NCBI GenBank assembly: GCA_004431415.1
Contig: QPMI01000527.1
Coordinates: forward strand, 135,619 to 199,618
Direction of reading: 5' to 3'
DNA length: 64,000 nt
From: Cyanophora paradoxa CCMP329
Lineage: Eukaryota > Plantae > Glaucophyta
Below the pieces are notes generated by a model. It had not been told where the DNA came from. It saw nothing but the letters and a program-made list of their open reading frames with translations, and made no database searches. Position 1 is the first letter of the stretch; the number at the start of each line of letters is the position of its first letter. Shown one piece after another: positions 1 to 13,290 of this stretch. The translations under genes and the position numbers were made by a program.

Positions 1-64
1 CGGTGAGTGCTGAGAAATGATTTCCACTGCGCTATGCCGAATTAGCTGAAGGGGTCGAGGCCAG

Positions 65-1108
65 GTCATCCTGCTTCTCAACGTGCTCACCGGTCTCTTC
101 AGGTGCGCGTAGAAAGGCGCCTTTGTAACCCGTTCTTTTGCACTTACGCTGCGGCTCTCAGCTTCTCCTTCACCGACGTTTTCGAGAACGCGCAACACGT
201 GTATGCATTTGGCAGAGCGAAGGTGCTCGAAATAATCCTATCTAGCTGCAAAAGCTGCGCATTTCGAATTCAACATCTCCTGCAGATTATTCTCCGGTAC
301 CACCGGATGGGCCGCCGCCTGGTGGCACCGCTGAATGTGGTTTGGCTGCTGCTGAGCCCCGCGCCCCGCCTCGCCGCCGCGGTTATCAATGTAATCTCGG
401 CCGTGTTCTTCCTCCCCTTCCTAGCTGTCGCCCTCGGCCTCTCGCACCTGTCCCGCCTCGTCGAAAACCTCTTCGGAACTCCGGCGGAGAAGAAGAAGCA
501 GCAGGAGGCGGCTTCCGCTCAATCGGGAGCCCTAGAGGCTTGGCTGAAGGCCATCGAAACCCACCGGAAGGCGCGGCTCGCGGACGCTGCCAAGGAGCAG
601 CCTGATGCGCCCCTGGAGCTGAAGCTCAAGTTCCCCCTCGCGTACGACGAGGCCAACGAGAAGCCGGACCCGGTGCCCCCCGGCCCCCTCAAGGTGCGAG
701 CCTCTACACCTCCGGTCGATATCTTCGAAGAGCTTTCGGAGTCGAATTTAAGCTTGTTCATTATAATATAGATATCGATAGACAATCGTATAACAACGAG
801 TCTCTTTCCAATCTATATGAACCTGTCCGATAATCTAGATCTGAGATTGTCCATAGCTATATAGTAACAAACAATTCAAACAGGTGGCGCACACGGCGGA
901 GAACGTGCCGCGCAACCTGGAGACCATTCACGAGCGCACCGAAAAGCTGGAGGCGGGCCAGGCGAAGCTAGAGGAGAAGATCGACGCTGGCCAGGCGAAG
1001 CTCGAGGAGAAGTTCGAGGCCTCGCTGGCGGAGGTGAAGGCGGTGCTCGCGGAGCTGAAAGCCGCCATCACGGCCCCTGCCGCCCGCCGCAGCCTCTTCG
1101 AGTTCTGA
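65..1108 (+). CDS. 3' exons of ankyrin-repeat TRP-type cation channel (paralog 0; 5' part outside window)
   Basis: GT-AG exons 65-102, 162-222, 286-693 and 884-1108 splice to VILLLNVLTGLFSFSFTDVFENAQHVYAFGRAK IILRYHRM... (S6 helix plus TRP-box-like YAFGRAK), then a C-terminal coiled coil. Nearly identical to 36923-37902. Confidence 0.8.
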
Positions 1109-1860
1109 GACCCTGCTTCACGATCACGACGGCTGGCCGCCGGGCAGCTCGGCCTCCTCGATAGTGCACGCACAGCGCAGCCAGCACTGCTCGCATCCAG
1201 CAGATCTAGGACACCTAGGCCTGACGAGACAGCGTGTTTTGATTCCCGTCTAGCAGTTTTCGCATCTAATGATCGTCCCGATTTGGTTAGTCGTTCATCT
1301 AATTCACGGTTGCCATCATCTCTAGGTTTGCACGTTTATATAATTAGATTCATGACCGTCGGACAGCGCAGCGAGCTGTGTTTCGATCCACGGCCAACTG
1401 TCACGTAAACGTAGTATTGCGGTTTATAAAATCGAACCTCTGACTCGCATCCAGTTATCAATTTTATATATGCATGTAGGTGTTGCATCATCAACTGGCT
1501 GCATGATCAAATTAAAAGAACCTCTAGATCTGACTCGACATGTAGGCTCATGATCATCTCTCGTCATCATGCATGTAGGTGCTGAAAGTACCGATTTTGT
1601 GCTTTTTCTTGAACGCGAAGTAGATGCAATAGATGCACGAGTGCTGTGCATCTTGGTGTGTGCTCGCCGAGTCGGAAGGCCCTGAGGTGTAGGCAGTGAT
1701 CGATATCTGGAACTTCGGGATCTTGGGAATGCATTGCAATTAATATTAATATTGATATTGCAATTGCGCATTTTTTTTTTGGTGAATTACCGGCCACAGT
1801 CTCTAGACACCAGCACTGCGGGGGCTGCCCAGGGGGCCTAAAGACAAAAAAGCAAAATAA

Positions 1861-4800
1861 CTAAGACAAGAGCACGAAGAAAGATAAGACAAAGAGCCAA
1901 AATCGACAATAAAAAAGAAAAGACACAGAGCTCGAGACAGATCGAGAAGAGACGAGAAATCGAGCAGATCTAGGGACAGAGGATGACTGACACGAAGAAG
2001 AGCCAGAGCTAGAGATACCATCAATTGCAATATCGGAAGGAATTACATCACTAAGAAGCGGAGGACAAATTTGAGAAAGATAAATAACAGGAAGCAGACA
2101 AGTAAGAGGAACAACAAGACGACGCGGAGGCGGAGGCGAAGCAGGACGACGCGAAAGGGCAGAGCTACGGCACAAGGTCGAGGAGGACACAGGAGGCGGA
2201 GCAGGCGGATCAAGAGCAGGCAAAAGGACAGTCAAAGGAATCACTAAAGCCGACCGGGGTCGAGACGGGCAGTCGAACTGCAAACGACGGCGAACAACAG
2301 GTCGAGCACGAGGACTATAGCTAGTATTGAAACTAACTCTAGCATCAACACTACGATCAGAATCCGAACTAGACCGAACTAAACTATAAGGCGAAGTACG
2401 CCGGCGCCGGCGGGATACGACCAGCGAAGCAGAAGACGAAGGCAAAGGCGGCGGTCCGGTATCAAGAACAAAGGCCGGAGGGTCCGGCCCGGCAAACCGC
2501 CGGAGGGAAGTAGAAGGAGACGTAGGCTCGGCAAGCCGGCGACGGGTACGACCACGAGTCCGGGAGGAGATCGGGGAAGCCGGTCCCGGAGCTGAGGGCC
2601 CAGGAGCAGAGCCAGGAGAAGGTAAGCCCGGCGAGAAATCTGACCCGGAGCCGGAACCCAGCGAACGACGACGACGAAGAGGCCCCGAGGAGCCACGATG
2701 GGGGAGCTACCGAGCAAAGTACTGACAGCCGGCGCCGAACACGGCGGCGGAGGTACCCCACAGACAGTGGCAGGCGGAGAGTCCAGGGTCGATCGAGAGA
2801 TCCGCCGACGGGAACGCGGCGGAGGCCTACGAGGCGGAAGAGGCGAGGAGGGAGCCGAGGAAGGGTCGGATCCGGAGGCAGGGGAAGGGCCGCGAGCAGG
2901 TGACGGGGATCGCTGCCGGCGCCGAAGAGAGGGCAGCGAAGCAGGAGAAAGGTCAGGTGGCGCCGGATCAGATGACACGGGGTCATGGGCGGCGCAGAGA
3001 GAGACGAGCTCGAGGGCGCAAGGGCCCGACGAGGGCGCCGGCGGCGAATCTCACGAGCGCCAGGAAGCGGGATAGGACCCGCAGATGGGACCCGAGGCGC
3101 CGAAGGGGGAGCAGGGAGCCGGAATGACGGGGAGACCGAAAAGAGGACAGTCTCGCCAACACTCGGAAGCGGGGCAGAGGCCGAGGACCCGGAGCTCGAG
3201 GGGGGGAGGGAGGGCGGAGGAGGAGAGAGAAGGCGGCTATTCGAAGGGTATGGAGAATCGAGAGCGGAGGCGAGGGAGGCCGAAGTGATGGCGAGCTCTG
3301 GAGGCGAGGGGGCCTGCAAGCGGACCCGGGAAAGTGGATGCAGACGCAAAGAGACCGGGGACGTAGTGGCGGGAGGGGCATGCAAAAAGATAGTGCCGCC
3401 CGGCGTCACAGTTGCAGAAGCGGGGGCAAGAAGGATGGGCTGAAGAGGGGGCTGAACCAGGAGGACGTCAGAAAGAGGGCCACGCGGGGGCGGAAGTGGA
3501 GGAGCAAGGGGAAGAGGTAAGAAGGGGTACGGAGCTGCAAGATGACCAGGGACCTGCCGGGGAACAGGCAAGTGAAGAGGCCCCGTGACAGCAAGTTGTA
3601 AGGAGGGAGGAGGTAGAGGCGGGGCCAGCGGGCCAAGGAGCACAGGGATCGGGACCGCAGGGAATGGGGGAAAAGGAGCGTCGAGAGGGGCAGCGAGAGC
3701 AGGAATAGGAACGGGCCCAAGGGTCACTACAGGGGCCAGAGCAGGAGGGGACGGCGCAGGAGGCGGGCGACCACCAGGGATCCCCAACGGGACATTCCCA
3801 CGAACGGCGAACTCCGCAGGATTCCGGAGGACAGAATCGATGTCACGCGAAGAGACGAGGTTGTCAGCACCGCCCGAAGAAGGAGGGTCGGGCGAGTCAG
3901 AATCAGAGCTTGAACTAGAATGATGAGAACCGGCACCAGACTCAGCATCCGAGGCATCCTGATCATCAGCGTCAGCAACAGCCAAGCGAGCGCGCCGCTC
4001 CTCCAACAAGGCCGAAGCCTGCGGAAGAGTGAACTCTAGGTACGACATATTTCTGTCCCAGGCGGCAACAAGCGCGGCGCGGTTGTAAGAAGGTGCATCA
4101 ATGTCAACCTCCTCAAGATCGCACCGAGCGCGAGCAACCTGTTGGATGGAAAATACGCCAGCAAGGATCGCTCCAAGTGAGCGAAGGCAGAAGGCGGGGT
4201 TAACTTTACTGCGCAAAATGGGCCCAGATAAATCCGGAACCGAGAGGATGTGGAAGAGAGAGAGGTCAGGCACTGCGACCTCTTCACGCTCCTCCGGTGG
4301 AAGAGTAGAAGCCCAGAAATTCAGGCGCTCACGAATGAAATCCCAGAACGAACGAGAAAGCGGGCACTCAGAGAAAACGTGCGCGTGAGAGCGAGCAGAT
4401 CCGTCATTACAAACCCGACAGAAACGACGGCGAGGCGACTGTTGTTCGCCCAAACGATACAATTTGAAATGCAAACGGTAAAGAGCATCGATCCAAAGCA
4501 TCGGGAAACACTGAAGGACGACAAGATGAGGAAGACGGGACGGAGACAAGGCGCCGGGAAACCCCCACTTAGCATCGGGCATCTGAGCGTGGCTGGACAC
4601 ATCGCGAAGCCGCTGGACCTCAAGGCAGTAGAAGCGACGAACAGATGAGAGGCGGAGAGGGAGCATACGAGCAAATGTGAACGCAAGATTATCAAGAGAA
4701 AGAAAGGCAGAGGGGCCTGCTCCTAGAATAAAAAGACCGGGCAGGGTTCCGCGACGTAGAGAGAGAAAGACAGCGCTAAAGCAAACGTGCAGCGGAAGCA

Positions 4801-7800
4801 AACGAGACAGAATTGAATTAGAGGATAGGCCCACAGGGTGGGAAGCCGCAGGGCGGCAAGGAACACGCGGCACGTAATCCAGCACCCGTGGAATTATCTG
4901 GTTATCGCGAACGGGGAAGGCGACAAGAGTACCGCTCGGGCCCCGAAGGAGAGCAACCGAGGCGTCCGGTCCAGACCACCAGAGATGCTGAGGTGGCGGG
5001 GCAGGGGCCTCAAGGACCTGGCGCCATGCTGCCGGGAGCGCGGAGCACAGACGAGGGAAAAAGGAATGGAGGGCGGACGAGGCAGCTGCTGGAGCCCGAA
5101 ACCCCCGGGTGGTACAATCCCAGATATCGCAGACTCGCAGCAAGCCAGACCGTGCACAACGACTCCAGTCGACCTTGGCACCCGGAGCATCGAACAGGGG
5201 ATTAAAGAAAAGAGGTTGGGATAAAACTTCGAGCGAGGTATGAGGCTGACACACGCCCTGGCGCTGAGACCACTCCGAGAAAGCCTGCTTCCAAATAGAA
5301 GGCAAGTCAAGACCGTCAAGTGGGAGACGAAGCGAGATAAGGGCGGGGCCGTAGGAAAAGGGCGCCAGCTGAGCGTCCAGTTTGCTCAAGAGGTACTCCT
5401 TCCAAGGAGCCGAGCAGGACGGGTCGGCCAACAAGGCCACCCACTTCATTTTTAGCGACAGAGAAAAAGCACGAATATCAGGGCAGTTAAGACCACCTTG
5501 ACGCCACGGCAGAGGAGAAATATACTTCGAAAGTTGCCCGCTCACGCCGGCGAAAGAACGAAGCTTGTCTTGCCACGCAGAATACTGGGCATCAGGGGGG
5601 TCAAGCAAATACAGAGCATAATGAAGGGATCCAATAAAGACTGTCCATGCAAGAAGCACGCCGGAGCGCATCGGCATGTGATAGGTTTTCGCTTGCTGCA
5701 CACGGATATCAAGAGCAGCATTTTTCTTACGCCAGAAGCGAGACAGATCGGGCTCAAGCGGAAAGCCCAGGTACTTGCGGATTTTCTCAGCGGGAGGGAG
5801 ATCCGTCACCTGGAGGCGCCGCCAGGGACAGTCCTCGACGCTAGGCCACGCGTCCGCAGGAATATCGCGGAGCGGAAGAAGGTTAGATTTGTCGAGATTA
5901 ATAAGGGCGCCAGACAGCCGGCAATATTTATCAAAGCACTCTTTCCAAAAGGGTAGCTCGGCAAAAGAAGAGATTAAAGGAACAGTATCGTCCGCGAACT
6001 GGAGTACCTTACATAGGGAGTTAGGAGAAAGGCGGACACCACGTATACGCACGTCAGCATTAATCAAAAGGGCTAAAAGGTGCGTGCACAAATTATACAA
6101 ATAGGGAGATAGCTATAGGGGGCCACCCTGACGCACTCCGCATCGAATGGGGAAAGGGGCCGAGGTCCAGCCGTTAATGTGAACAGAACCCTGCAGATCA
6201 GAGTAAAGTAAGCGAACCCACTTGATAAACTGAGATCCGAAGCCGAACTGTTCAAGCGACCAAAAAAGGAAGCTCCAGTTAACGCGGTCATAAGCTTTTG
6301 AAAAATCGAGAAATCCGAAGCAAAGTTGTTCAAGCTCAGGATTACCGCCCTCGTAATGCATTAATAGATAAACGAGCATGACCTGGTGCACTGCGGAGCG
6401 ACGATGAATAAAGCCGGATTGAAAGCGGGATACAAGGCCAGGCATGAGTGGTGTTAAACGGTTGGAAAGGGCGCGTTCAACTGCACGCTCCTCAACATTA
6501 GATAGAGAGATTGGGCGGCGATTCGCAATCAAAGTAGGGTCCGTTGACGGCTTCGTTATAGGAGTAATAAGGACGTGCCGCAAGGACTCAGAAGCCTGAC
6601 CGGACTCATACATAGCACTGAGATAAGCACAGAAGTCGGGGCCAATCTCATCAAAAAAGCGAACGTAAAATTCAGCAGGGAGGCCATCGACGCCAGGAGA
6701 CTTGGCGCCGCCAGACATCTCCTTAAAAGCGCGAAGCAGCTCTCCAGGCGATAGGTCAGAGTCAAGATCCGCAGACTCAGTAGGGAGCAGGCGGTGGGGG
6801 GAATAGAGAGGGGCAACGCCAGTCCGCTCAGCCAGCGACTGATCAACCGCGGCCTGAGCTGCGGCACCGTCATATAGATGAGCGTAATAGGCAGAAGAAA
6901 TCTCAAGCAAAGTACAGGGGTCGTCCGACGCGGCCTCCGGGCCTTCGGAGTCCGGGGCCCGAAGCCCTTCGGTAAACCGTGCATGCGAATCCGGCAAATA
7001 GTGTTCAAAAAAGGCTTTACTAGATCGACCATCTTGCGCCGCGGCGAAACGAATTTCGTTGCGCGAATGTTGTCTGGCATAGTCAGACACAAGCGAATTT
7101 AACGTACGCATCATGGAGGTGCGCAGTGAGCGGAAAGCGATATCGTTAATAGAACCAGCGGCGTGGCGACGGATGAGAGCTTCGAGAGCTCGAACAGAAG
7201 AGACGTAGGCGTCCTTCTGCCTGCGCTTCTCATCAAGCTCCCAGGCCCGTACGCGACGCTGGAGCTCTGATTTGAGGGCGTCCCATCGGCGGACGCGATC
7301 AGTAACCAAGGGCCACTCAGCACGCCAGTCACGAATTACAGCAGAAATGAGATCAGCATACTCAGGCCGTTTGCCATACGCCGCCCAGTTCATGCGCCAG
7401 CGACCGGGGCCGCGGCGCGAAATCCCTGGAGCTTTAAGCGTGAGAAAAATGCCAATATGATCAGAATTGCGCGGCTCGCCGACAGCAGAATAAGCCGTCC
7501 ACGGACGTAGCGAGACGGCCCAATCGCGGAGGGAGGACGAGAGGAAAAAATAATCGAGACGGGACTCAATCGATCCCCCATCCGGCCGCGGCCGGCTCCA
7601 AGTTTTAAAACAAGCTCTAGCGCGAGGCCCGGCGTCAAAAAGGCCATAACGAGCCCGGATCAACTCGAAGGCATCAGGGGGAAGGGTTCCGCGACTAGGG
7701 CCAGGAGCATCGGAGGGCAGCTCGTGGAAATTTAAATCTCCTCCTAAAATGAGACGGCCATCGAAGGGAACCACGGATTCAAGAGTATATAGAAGAGTGT

Positions 7801-8206
7801 CATAGAAGCCGCGACGCTCGGAATCATCAGTAGGAGCATATACATTGCACAAATAAATGGGACCGAATTTGGTCTCGAATAAGAAAAGCTGCAGTCGAGG
7901 ACTATCAACCGGAGTCAACAGTCGAATCGAAAAAGGGGAATCGCCAGGAAAGAGAGTGGCGACCCCCTGAGTAGCTTGACCGCTAGGGTTATGAGACCAA
8001 AACGAAGGGGTCGATCCCCAAGCACGCGCAAGGCGTTTAGATAGAGAAGGAGAAGAAACATGAGTCTCCTGCAAGCACACAACCGAATGCCTCGCGCTGT
8101 CGCGGAGGCAATCAAAAAGAAAAGAGCGATAAGATTTACCTAACACATCATTAAAAGCTCGATCTAATTTGCCTGCTACGTTGAGAGAAAGAAATCTAAA
8201 CGTCAT
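1861..8206 (-). pseudogene. LINE-A ORF2: APE endonuclease + reverse transcriptase + CCHC-type zinc finger + long Pro/Ser-rich tail; interrupted
   Basis: EN motifs SLNVAG, LQETH, NVYAP, GGDLN, SRLDY, SDH. RT motifs KSPGVDG, RPISL, LDFSKAYD, GVRQGGPL, FADD. Zinc finger CRVC...HVFSEC. In-frame TAG at 6113-6115 from a 6-bp insertion; ORFs 6113-8206 and 2462-6100 share a frame; the tail continues in ORFs 2379-2978 and 1861-2445. Confidence 0.9.
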
Positions 8207-8774
8207 TTACGGGGGGTGGTGCAGCTCGAGGGCCCGAGCCCGGGAGCTGGAGGAGAAAACGAGGGTCGGGGACGAGGGGAGGGCCGAAGGAGGAGCCCCG
8301 CCGCGAAACGCAGCGGGAATCGACAGGGGCCCGGAGCACCTCACACCTGCCCCGAGGTGGACGCAGCGGCAGTCTGCACGATCGAGAAAGAGGAGAATGA
8401 GCTCGAGAAGCGGATCGATTGCGAGTGGCGGCCTATGAGGCCGGAAAGACCCAGGGGGCCATCTATAGCTAAAAGTGCTGAAGCGAACCTGCAGAGCGAG
8501 CTGCAGGTCTTCCGCCCACGGAAAGACGATGTCGAAGTTGAGGGGGTCGTTCGCCTTGGGCACGATGGCACTGGGGCCGGTCTGGTCGGTCCAGTTCGGG
8601 CCGCTGTAATGCTCGACGGACTGCGACTGGCCGTTGACTGTGACGCCCTTGCGCGTATGCGGGGCGTGCTCGGAGTGCTGCGCGCTGTTGCAGCCCCTCC
8701 GATTGCAGAACGCCCAGCTGCCGCTGACCTGAACGATCTCGTTGCCGAACTGATGAGAGAAGGGCAGGCGAGCC
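8207..8774 (-). CDS. LINE-A ORF1, C-terminal part
   Basis: Open frame from the 5' junction to TAA at 8207-8209, directly followed by the ORF2 ATG. Contains a Cys/His cluster CNRRGCNSAQHSEHAPH. Confidence 0.65.
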
Positions 8775-9183
8775 TGCAATTGCGCATGCGCATGAGCGTC
8801 GCGATCGGATATGGCCCTGTACCCGCGCGGCCTGCAGCTGCATGCGCAAGGCACGCGCGCGTACGGGCCCATACACAAGCATGCCGGGGATATAACCTCT
8901 ACCCCGCCTGGCGACTTGCGCTGCCGCCCGCCGCACCTCCGCCCCGCCCGGCGAGCCGCGCCTCCGCGCCTCCGCCACGCCCATCGAGCCGCGCCGCCGG
9001 CAAGCCGCGCCGCCCGCCGCGCCTCCGTCCCGCACGGTCGTGCGCGCCGCCCGACGCGGCCCCGAGGCCTCACGGCCCTCTCGCCGCGCGCCTCGGCCGA
9101 GCCGGCCCCACGCGTCCTCGCCGCCCGCCACGCCTCCGCCCCGCCGGGCCGCCTCGCGCGCTTCACAAGTCTTGCAGCCGCCC

Positions 9184-10280
9184 TCACGCGTCCTCGCCGC
9201 GGATCGTGCGGCGGAGCTGCGGTCGCCCGCCCCGCCGGTTAGGGGAGGACGGGGATCGAGCCCGTCGGCGGGCAGAGGGGCGGGAGCAACAGAATACCCC
9301 ACGGGCGGATGCGGCGGGCTCCGTCAGGCGCTGTCCGCGGGGGAGTGAAGCGTGCCTTGGGTTGGACGGTCGTGCGGCTGCGGCGGGTCGCCATGAGAGT
9401 GGCCCCCTCAAAGGCCTGGATGAGGTGCATCTCAGCCAGCGCAGGTCCATCTGCCAGCGCAGGTCCTCGCACGTGAAGCCGGCCTCGCGCCAGCTCCTTG
9501 ACCTGCGGCCCGCGCGCCCCCGTCGGCCTCGCCTCCCGCGCCTCCCGCGCGGCCGCCCCGGGCGGGCGCCAGGCGCACCAGGCGACCAAAGGAGCGCGTA
9601 GACGATGAGGGGACTGAAGGTCTTCCGGCAGGGGACTGAAGGGACCGGCGCAGGGGGTCTTCCCGCCCCGCGCGGCCGCCCAGGGCGGGCGCACCAGGCG
9701 AACAAAGGGCGCGTAGGCGAGCGAGGGGGGGATCGAAGGTCTTCTGGTGCCTGCGGATCCGAGGGAGCGCGGGACCCGGTCGGGGACAAGGGGGACGAGG
9801 ACAGGCGCTCATTGCCTCGAGAGAGGGCGGCGGGGCGGACCTCGCGGAGGGCGACCGTCCGTCCCTCGGCCCCGGCACGGCGCATGCGGCGCTCAGTCGC
9901 GGAGCCGGCGAGGCCCAGCGGGGAAATCGGGGCGGCGCACCGAGGCGGTACCTGCGGGCGGGCGCGCGGGGCGTGCGGAGGTAAGGCGGTGGCCCAGTGG
10001 GGGAGAGAGCGGGGGCGGGGGGGCGATCTCGCGCTTCCGGTGCACCTGTGCGGCCTCTTGACGCCCCCGGCGGGGCCCGGCGGGGGGGATCTGGGGGGGA
10101 TCTGGGGGGGGTCTGCGGGCGGGCGCGCGGGGCGTGCGGAGATAAGGCGGTGGGGGAGAGAGAGGGGGCGGGGGAACGGCCTCTTGACGCCCCCGGCGGC
10201 GGGGGCGCTCTTCCGCGCGGCCTTGGTCGCCAGGCGCCTCTTCAGTGCCTCGCCCCCAGTCGACCTCGTTGCCGTCTGCT
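9184..10280 (-). pseudogene. Histone H3-variant / CENH3-like relic, copy 1 (spliced, frameshifted)
   Basis: Minus-strand pieces in order: QTATRSTGGEALKRRLATKAARKSAPAAGGVKRP(HR); TVALRE; IRRHQKT; YAPFVRLV; VKELA..AGFTCEDLRWQ; AEMHLIQAFEGATLMATRRSRTTVQPK; LRRTIRGEDA-stop (9184-9186). Confidence 0.85.
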
Positions 10281-11476
10281 GCTGGCGCCGCTCCCGACCT
10301 CGCCTGCGGGAGCCTGTGTTTCAGCGTCGGCCGGCGGGGGGAAGGGACGGGAGGGGGGTCGCGCGAAGCGCCTCACCGAGGAGCGGCGAGGGGGGGAGGA
10401 GGGCGATTCGGGGGTAGAAAAGAAGGGGCGGGGGCGCCGAGGGCAGGCCCGGGGCGTCCCCACCCCCCGGGGACGAAGCGGGAGGGAGGCGGGCGGCCGG
10501 AGAGCGGCGCGGCACGCCTCCGCGACCCGACCCCTCGGATCCTCCAGGCGATCGTCCCCTCTCGCGAGCGTCGGATCGACGACGGCCTGCAGGCCGGGTG
10601 AGGAAAATCAAACAATCCGCCCTAGCGGCCCGCGGGCGCACCGGCCGACGGCGGGACCTCGTCCGGCCGATCAGGCTCGTCTTCCCGGTTCGTTTAAAAA
10701 GAAGCTCGAGCCGAAGTGGCGCCCTTAGGGGGGGTACGTGCACACCAGCGCCGCACCTCACCTTCGAATCACGACCCCGTTGTCGCTTCCCCCCACCAAA
10801 TCGACCCCCGGGAAATCGATTGGCGGGGTCGGCGGGGGGCGTAGAGGGGGTACTGGAGCGCCAGGGAGGGGTCGGGGGGTCGATGGCGGCGGAACCTGGC
10901 CAAACCCGAGTCAACCGCAGCCTATGGCTGTTGGGAGACGATGGGGAGGGGTGTGGGCGCACTCTGCCGCTCCGGCGCCGAGCGAGATGCGTTCGAACGG
11001 CCCCGGGTCGCTGCCGCGCGGCTTCTGCCGACCGTAGCGCGCGCCAGAGGCCATCTGCGCACACTACGATCGTACGGAGAGCGTTTTCCCGCGCGGGGCG
11101 GGCGGGAACTCGGTGCGTTCGCAGGACGAGCCGGCGACCGCGCGGCGGCTCGAGGAGCGAGCGGCGAGCGCGGACCGATCGGGCATAGAGCGAGAGCCGA
11201 AAAGGCCACTAGAACCGCAAAGGCCCGATCCGCCAGGCGTGCGACGCGACGACCATTTGCCGGGGCCTGTGACGAAGAGCCCACGCTCAGCTTTTCATCA
11301 AGCGAAGAGTGCGAGCGGCGCACCTGCGACGGCGTCTGGCTGCGTTCTGTAGGACCAGGAATGCTGGTCGCCTCTCAAGGCTCAAGGCTCAAGGTTCAAG
11401 CCTTAAGCCAAATTGGGGGTACAAGGACTCAAAGGCGCGCGGGCTCTGCTGCATGGCTACAAAGCTTCCGTGAACG

Positions 11477-13290
11477 ATGTCGTTCCCCTCGCGGAAGGAG
11501 AATCGGGCCCGCTTTGAACAGCCGGCGGCGGCCGCGGCAGGCGAAGCGCCTGCAGCCGCGCAACTTGCGGGCGTGTTCGATGCCCTCCCGACACGGTGGC
11601 GAGCAACGCGTTCGAGTCGCTCGGGCCGCGTGCGATGTGGCCCCTGCGCGGCGTGTGCAGGTCCGCCCCCGCGCTCCTCGTCGAATTCGTTGCTGAGGCC
11701 GCCGGGTCGCAGGCGTTGGCGGCGGGTGATCGAGGAGACGGACTGGTCGAGCATTGAGCTGCGGACGGACGAGGAAAAGTCGGCTGGCTCGGCGCCGTCG
11801 AGACACGGCGTCGCCACGGCGCTCGTGGAGGAGCGGAAGCTACGGCTCGGCGACGGCGCGAGCGTCTCGTTCGGGGCCGGCGGCGAGAGGTGGATGCGGC
11901 CTGCGGGCTCCTCGCGTCCCTCGTCCGCAGCGGCGGCGGCGGCGGCGGCGGCGGAGCGGCGCCGGCGCAGCCGCGGGAGGTGGTTTTCGGCGTCCTCGGA
12001 TCCGAGGACGGGGACGAGGAAGACGGCTGCGGCGAGGACTTCCTGAGGCGCTTCGTGCTCGGAGCGCTGCGGGCGCTGCGGCCGCCGGGGGGCGCCCCCA
12101 GCCTCCTCGAGGGGCTCCTCCTTTGCCTCAAGAATCGGGTCGCCGCTGGACTACGCCGGATGGAGATACGGCCGCCGAGCTGCGGGCCGCCCTCTCTCCG
12201 TTCGGCGAGCTCCGCTCCCTGACGCTCTGCTTCTGAGCCCGCGACAGCGGAGTCCCGCCGGAGGCCGCGGCCGCCGCCGCCGCCGCCTGCCCGCTCCTCC
12301 GCTCCCTGAGCTTCCGCCCCGACCTCGCTTCGGAGTCGGCGGCGCTGGCGGCGCTCGCGCCCCTCGCGCGCCTCGAGCGGCCCGCGCCGCTCTTCGGCGC
12401 CGCGCGCGCGGACCACTGCCTCGCGGGAGACGCCTCCTGGGGCGGCCTCGGGGCGATCGCGGAGGGCCCCGCCGGCAGGAGCCTCCGCAGCCTCTGCAGC
12501 TGCCTCCTCGACGAGACGAGGAGCTGGCCCGCTGGTGCGCGGCCCTCTCACTCTCGCTCCCTCCGATCCGCCTCCTCTTCTTCTTCTTGAAGGCCTTCCC
12601 TCAGGTCGGATGCCTTCCCGAGGCCCTCGGGCATCGTTGCCCCCCGCTTCTGCCACTTCAGGAGAGCGGAGCCCTCCGAGGCGGCCGTCCGCGCGCTGGC
12701 GCGCCTGCCGAGGCTGGAGCGACGGGAGCCGCTGGGGGTGCGAACGCGACCCCGGGCCCGCCCGCGCCCGCGCCCGCGCCCGCCTGGCCTCACCGCCCTC
12801 CGGCTCGCAGCTGATTCTGAACGAACCGCGTGTCGCCGGGGACCGCCCGCGCCCTCGGCGGCGCCGCGCGCCTGCGCGGGCTCCGCCTCCGCCTCGAGGA
12901 CGGCGGCCTCGCCGCGGGCGCGGCGCCCTCGGCGCCGTCGGCGGGGCGCTCCCGGCCCCGCCCTGCCCCTCCAGCCTCACGGTCGAGCTCTACGGTACGC
13001 CCGCCCGCTGCGCCGGATCGGATCTGATCTGATCTGATCTGATCCGTCTGATCTGACCCCCTTCGCGCAGCTACGAGCACGAGCCCGAGGGACGTCGCTG
13101 CCCTTCTCTCCGGCGCCGGCGCCCGGCGCCCGGCGGGCCCTCGCCGAGCTCGACGCGGTCCTCCGGCGGCCCCTCTCCGGGGCCGAGGCGGGGGCGCTCG
13201 CCGCCCTCCCCGGGGGCCCTCCGCCGCCTCCTCCTCTCCGCTCAGCTCGAGCCCAGCGCCGCCCTCCGGCCCTACGAGGTGCCCCGAACC
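11477..13290 (+). pseudogene. F-box-like protein relic, copy 1
   Basis: N-terminal FDALP...LGPRAMWPLRGVCR...WRRVIEE resembles an F-box motif, followed by Leu/Ala-rich repeat-like segments. Several frameshifts. Paralog of 41854-43650. Confidence 0.55.

Larger units (their letters stand above)
1771..8774 (-). mobile_element. L1/Tx1-like non-LTR retrotransposon, family A, 7.0 kb, 5'-truncated within ORF1
   Basis: Poly(A) tail (T-run 1771-1780). TSD TGCAATTGCGCA at 1759-1770 and 8775-8786. The empty site is present in the duplicated region at about 38541-38552. Encodes an APE endonuclease and an RT. Confidence 0.95.

Noticed and set aside
6113-6115. Programmed stop-codon readthrough in LINE-A RT
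   Set aside because: Family B reads GPLSPY with no extra codons, so the TAG comes from a 6-bp insertion that disrupts a conserved RT motif.
13020-13055. (GATCT)n run, plus (TCAAGGC)n at 11374-11400 and 41753-41787
   Set aside because: Short ordinary microsatellites with no evidence of telomeric or other function.
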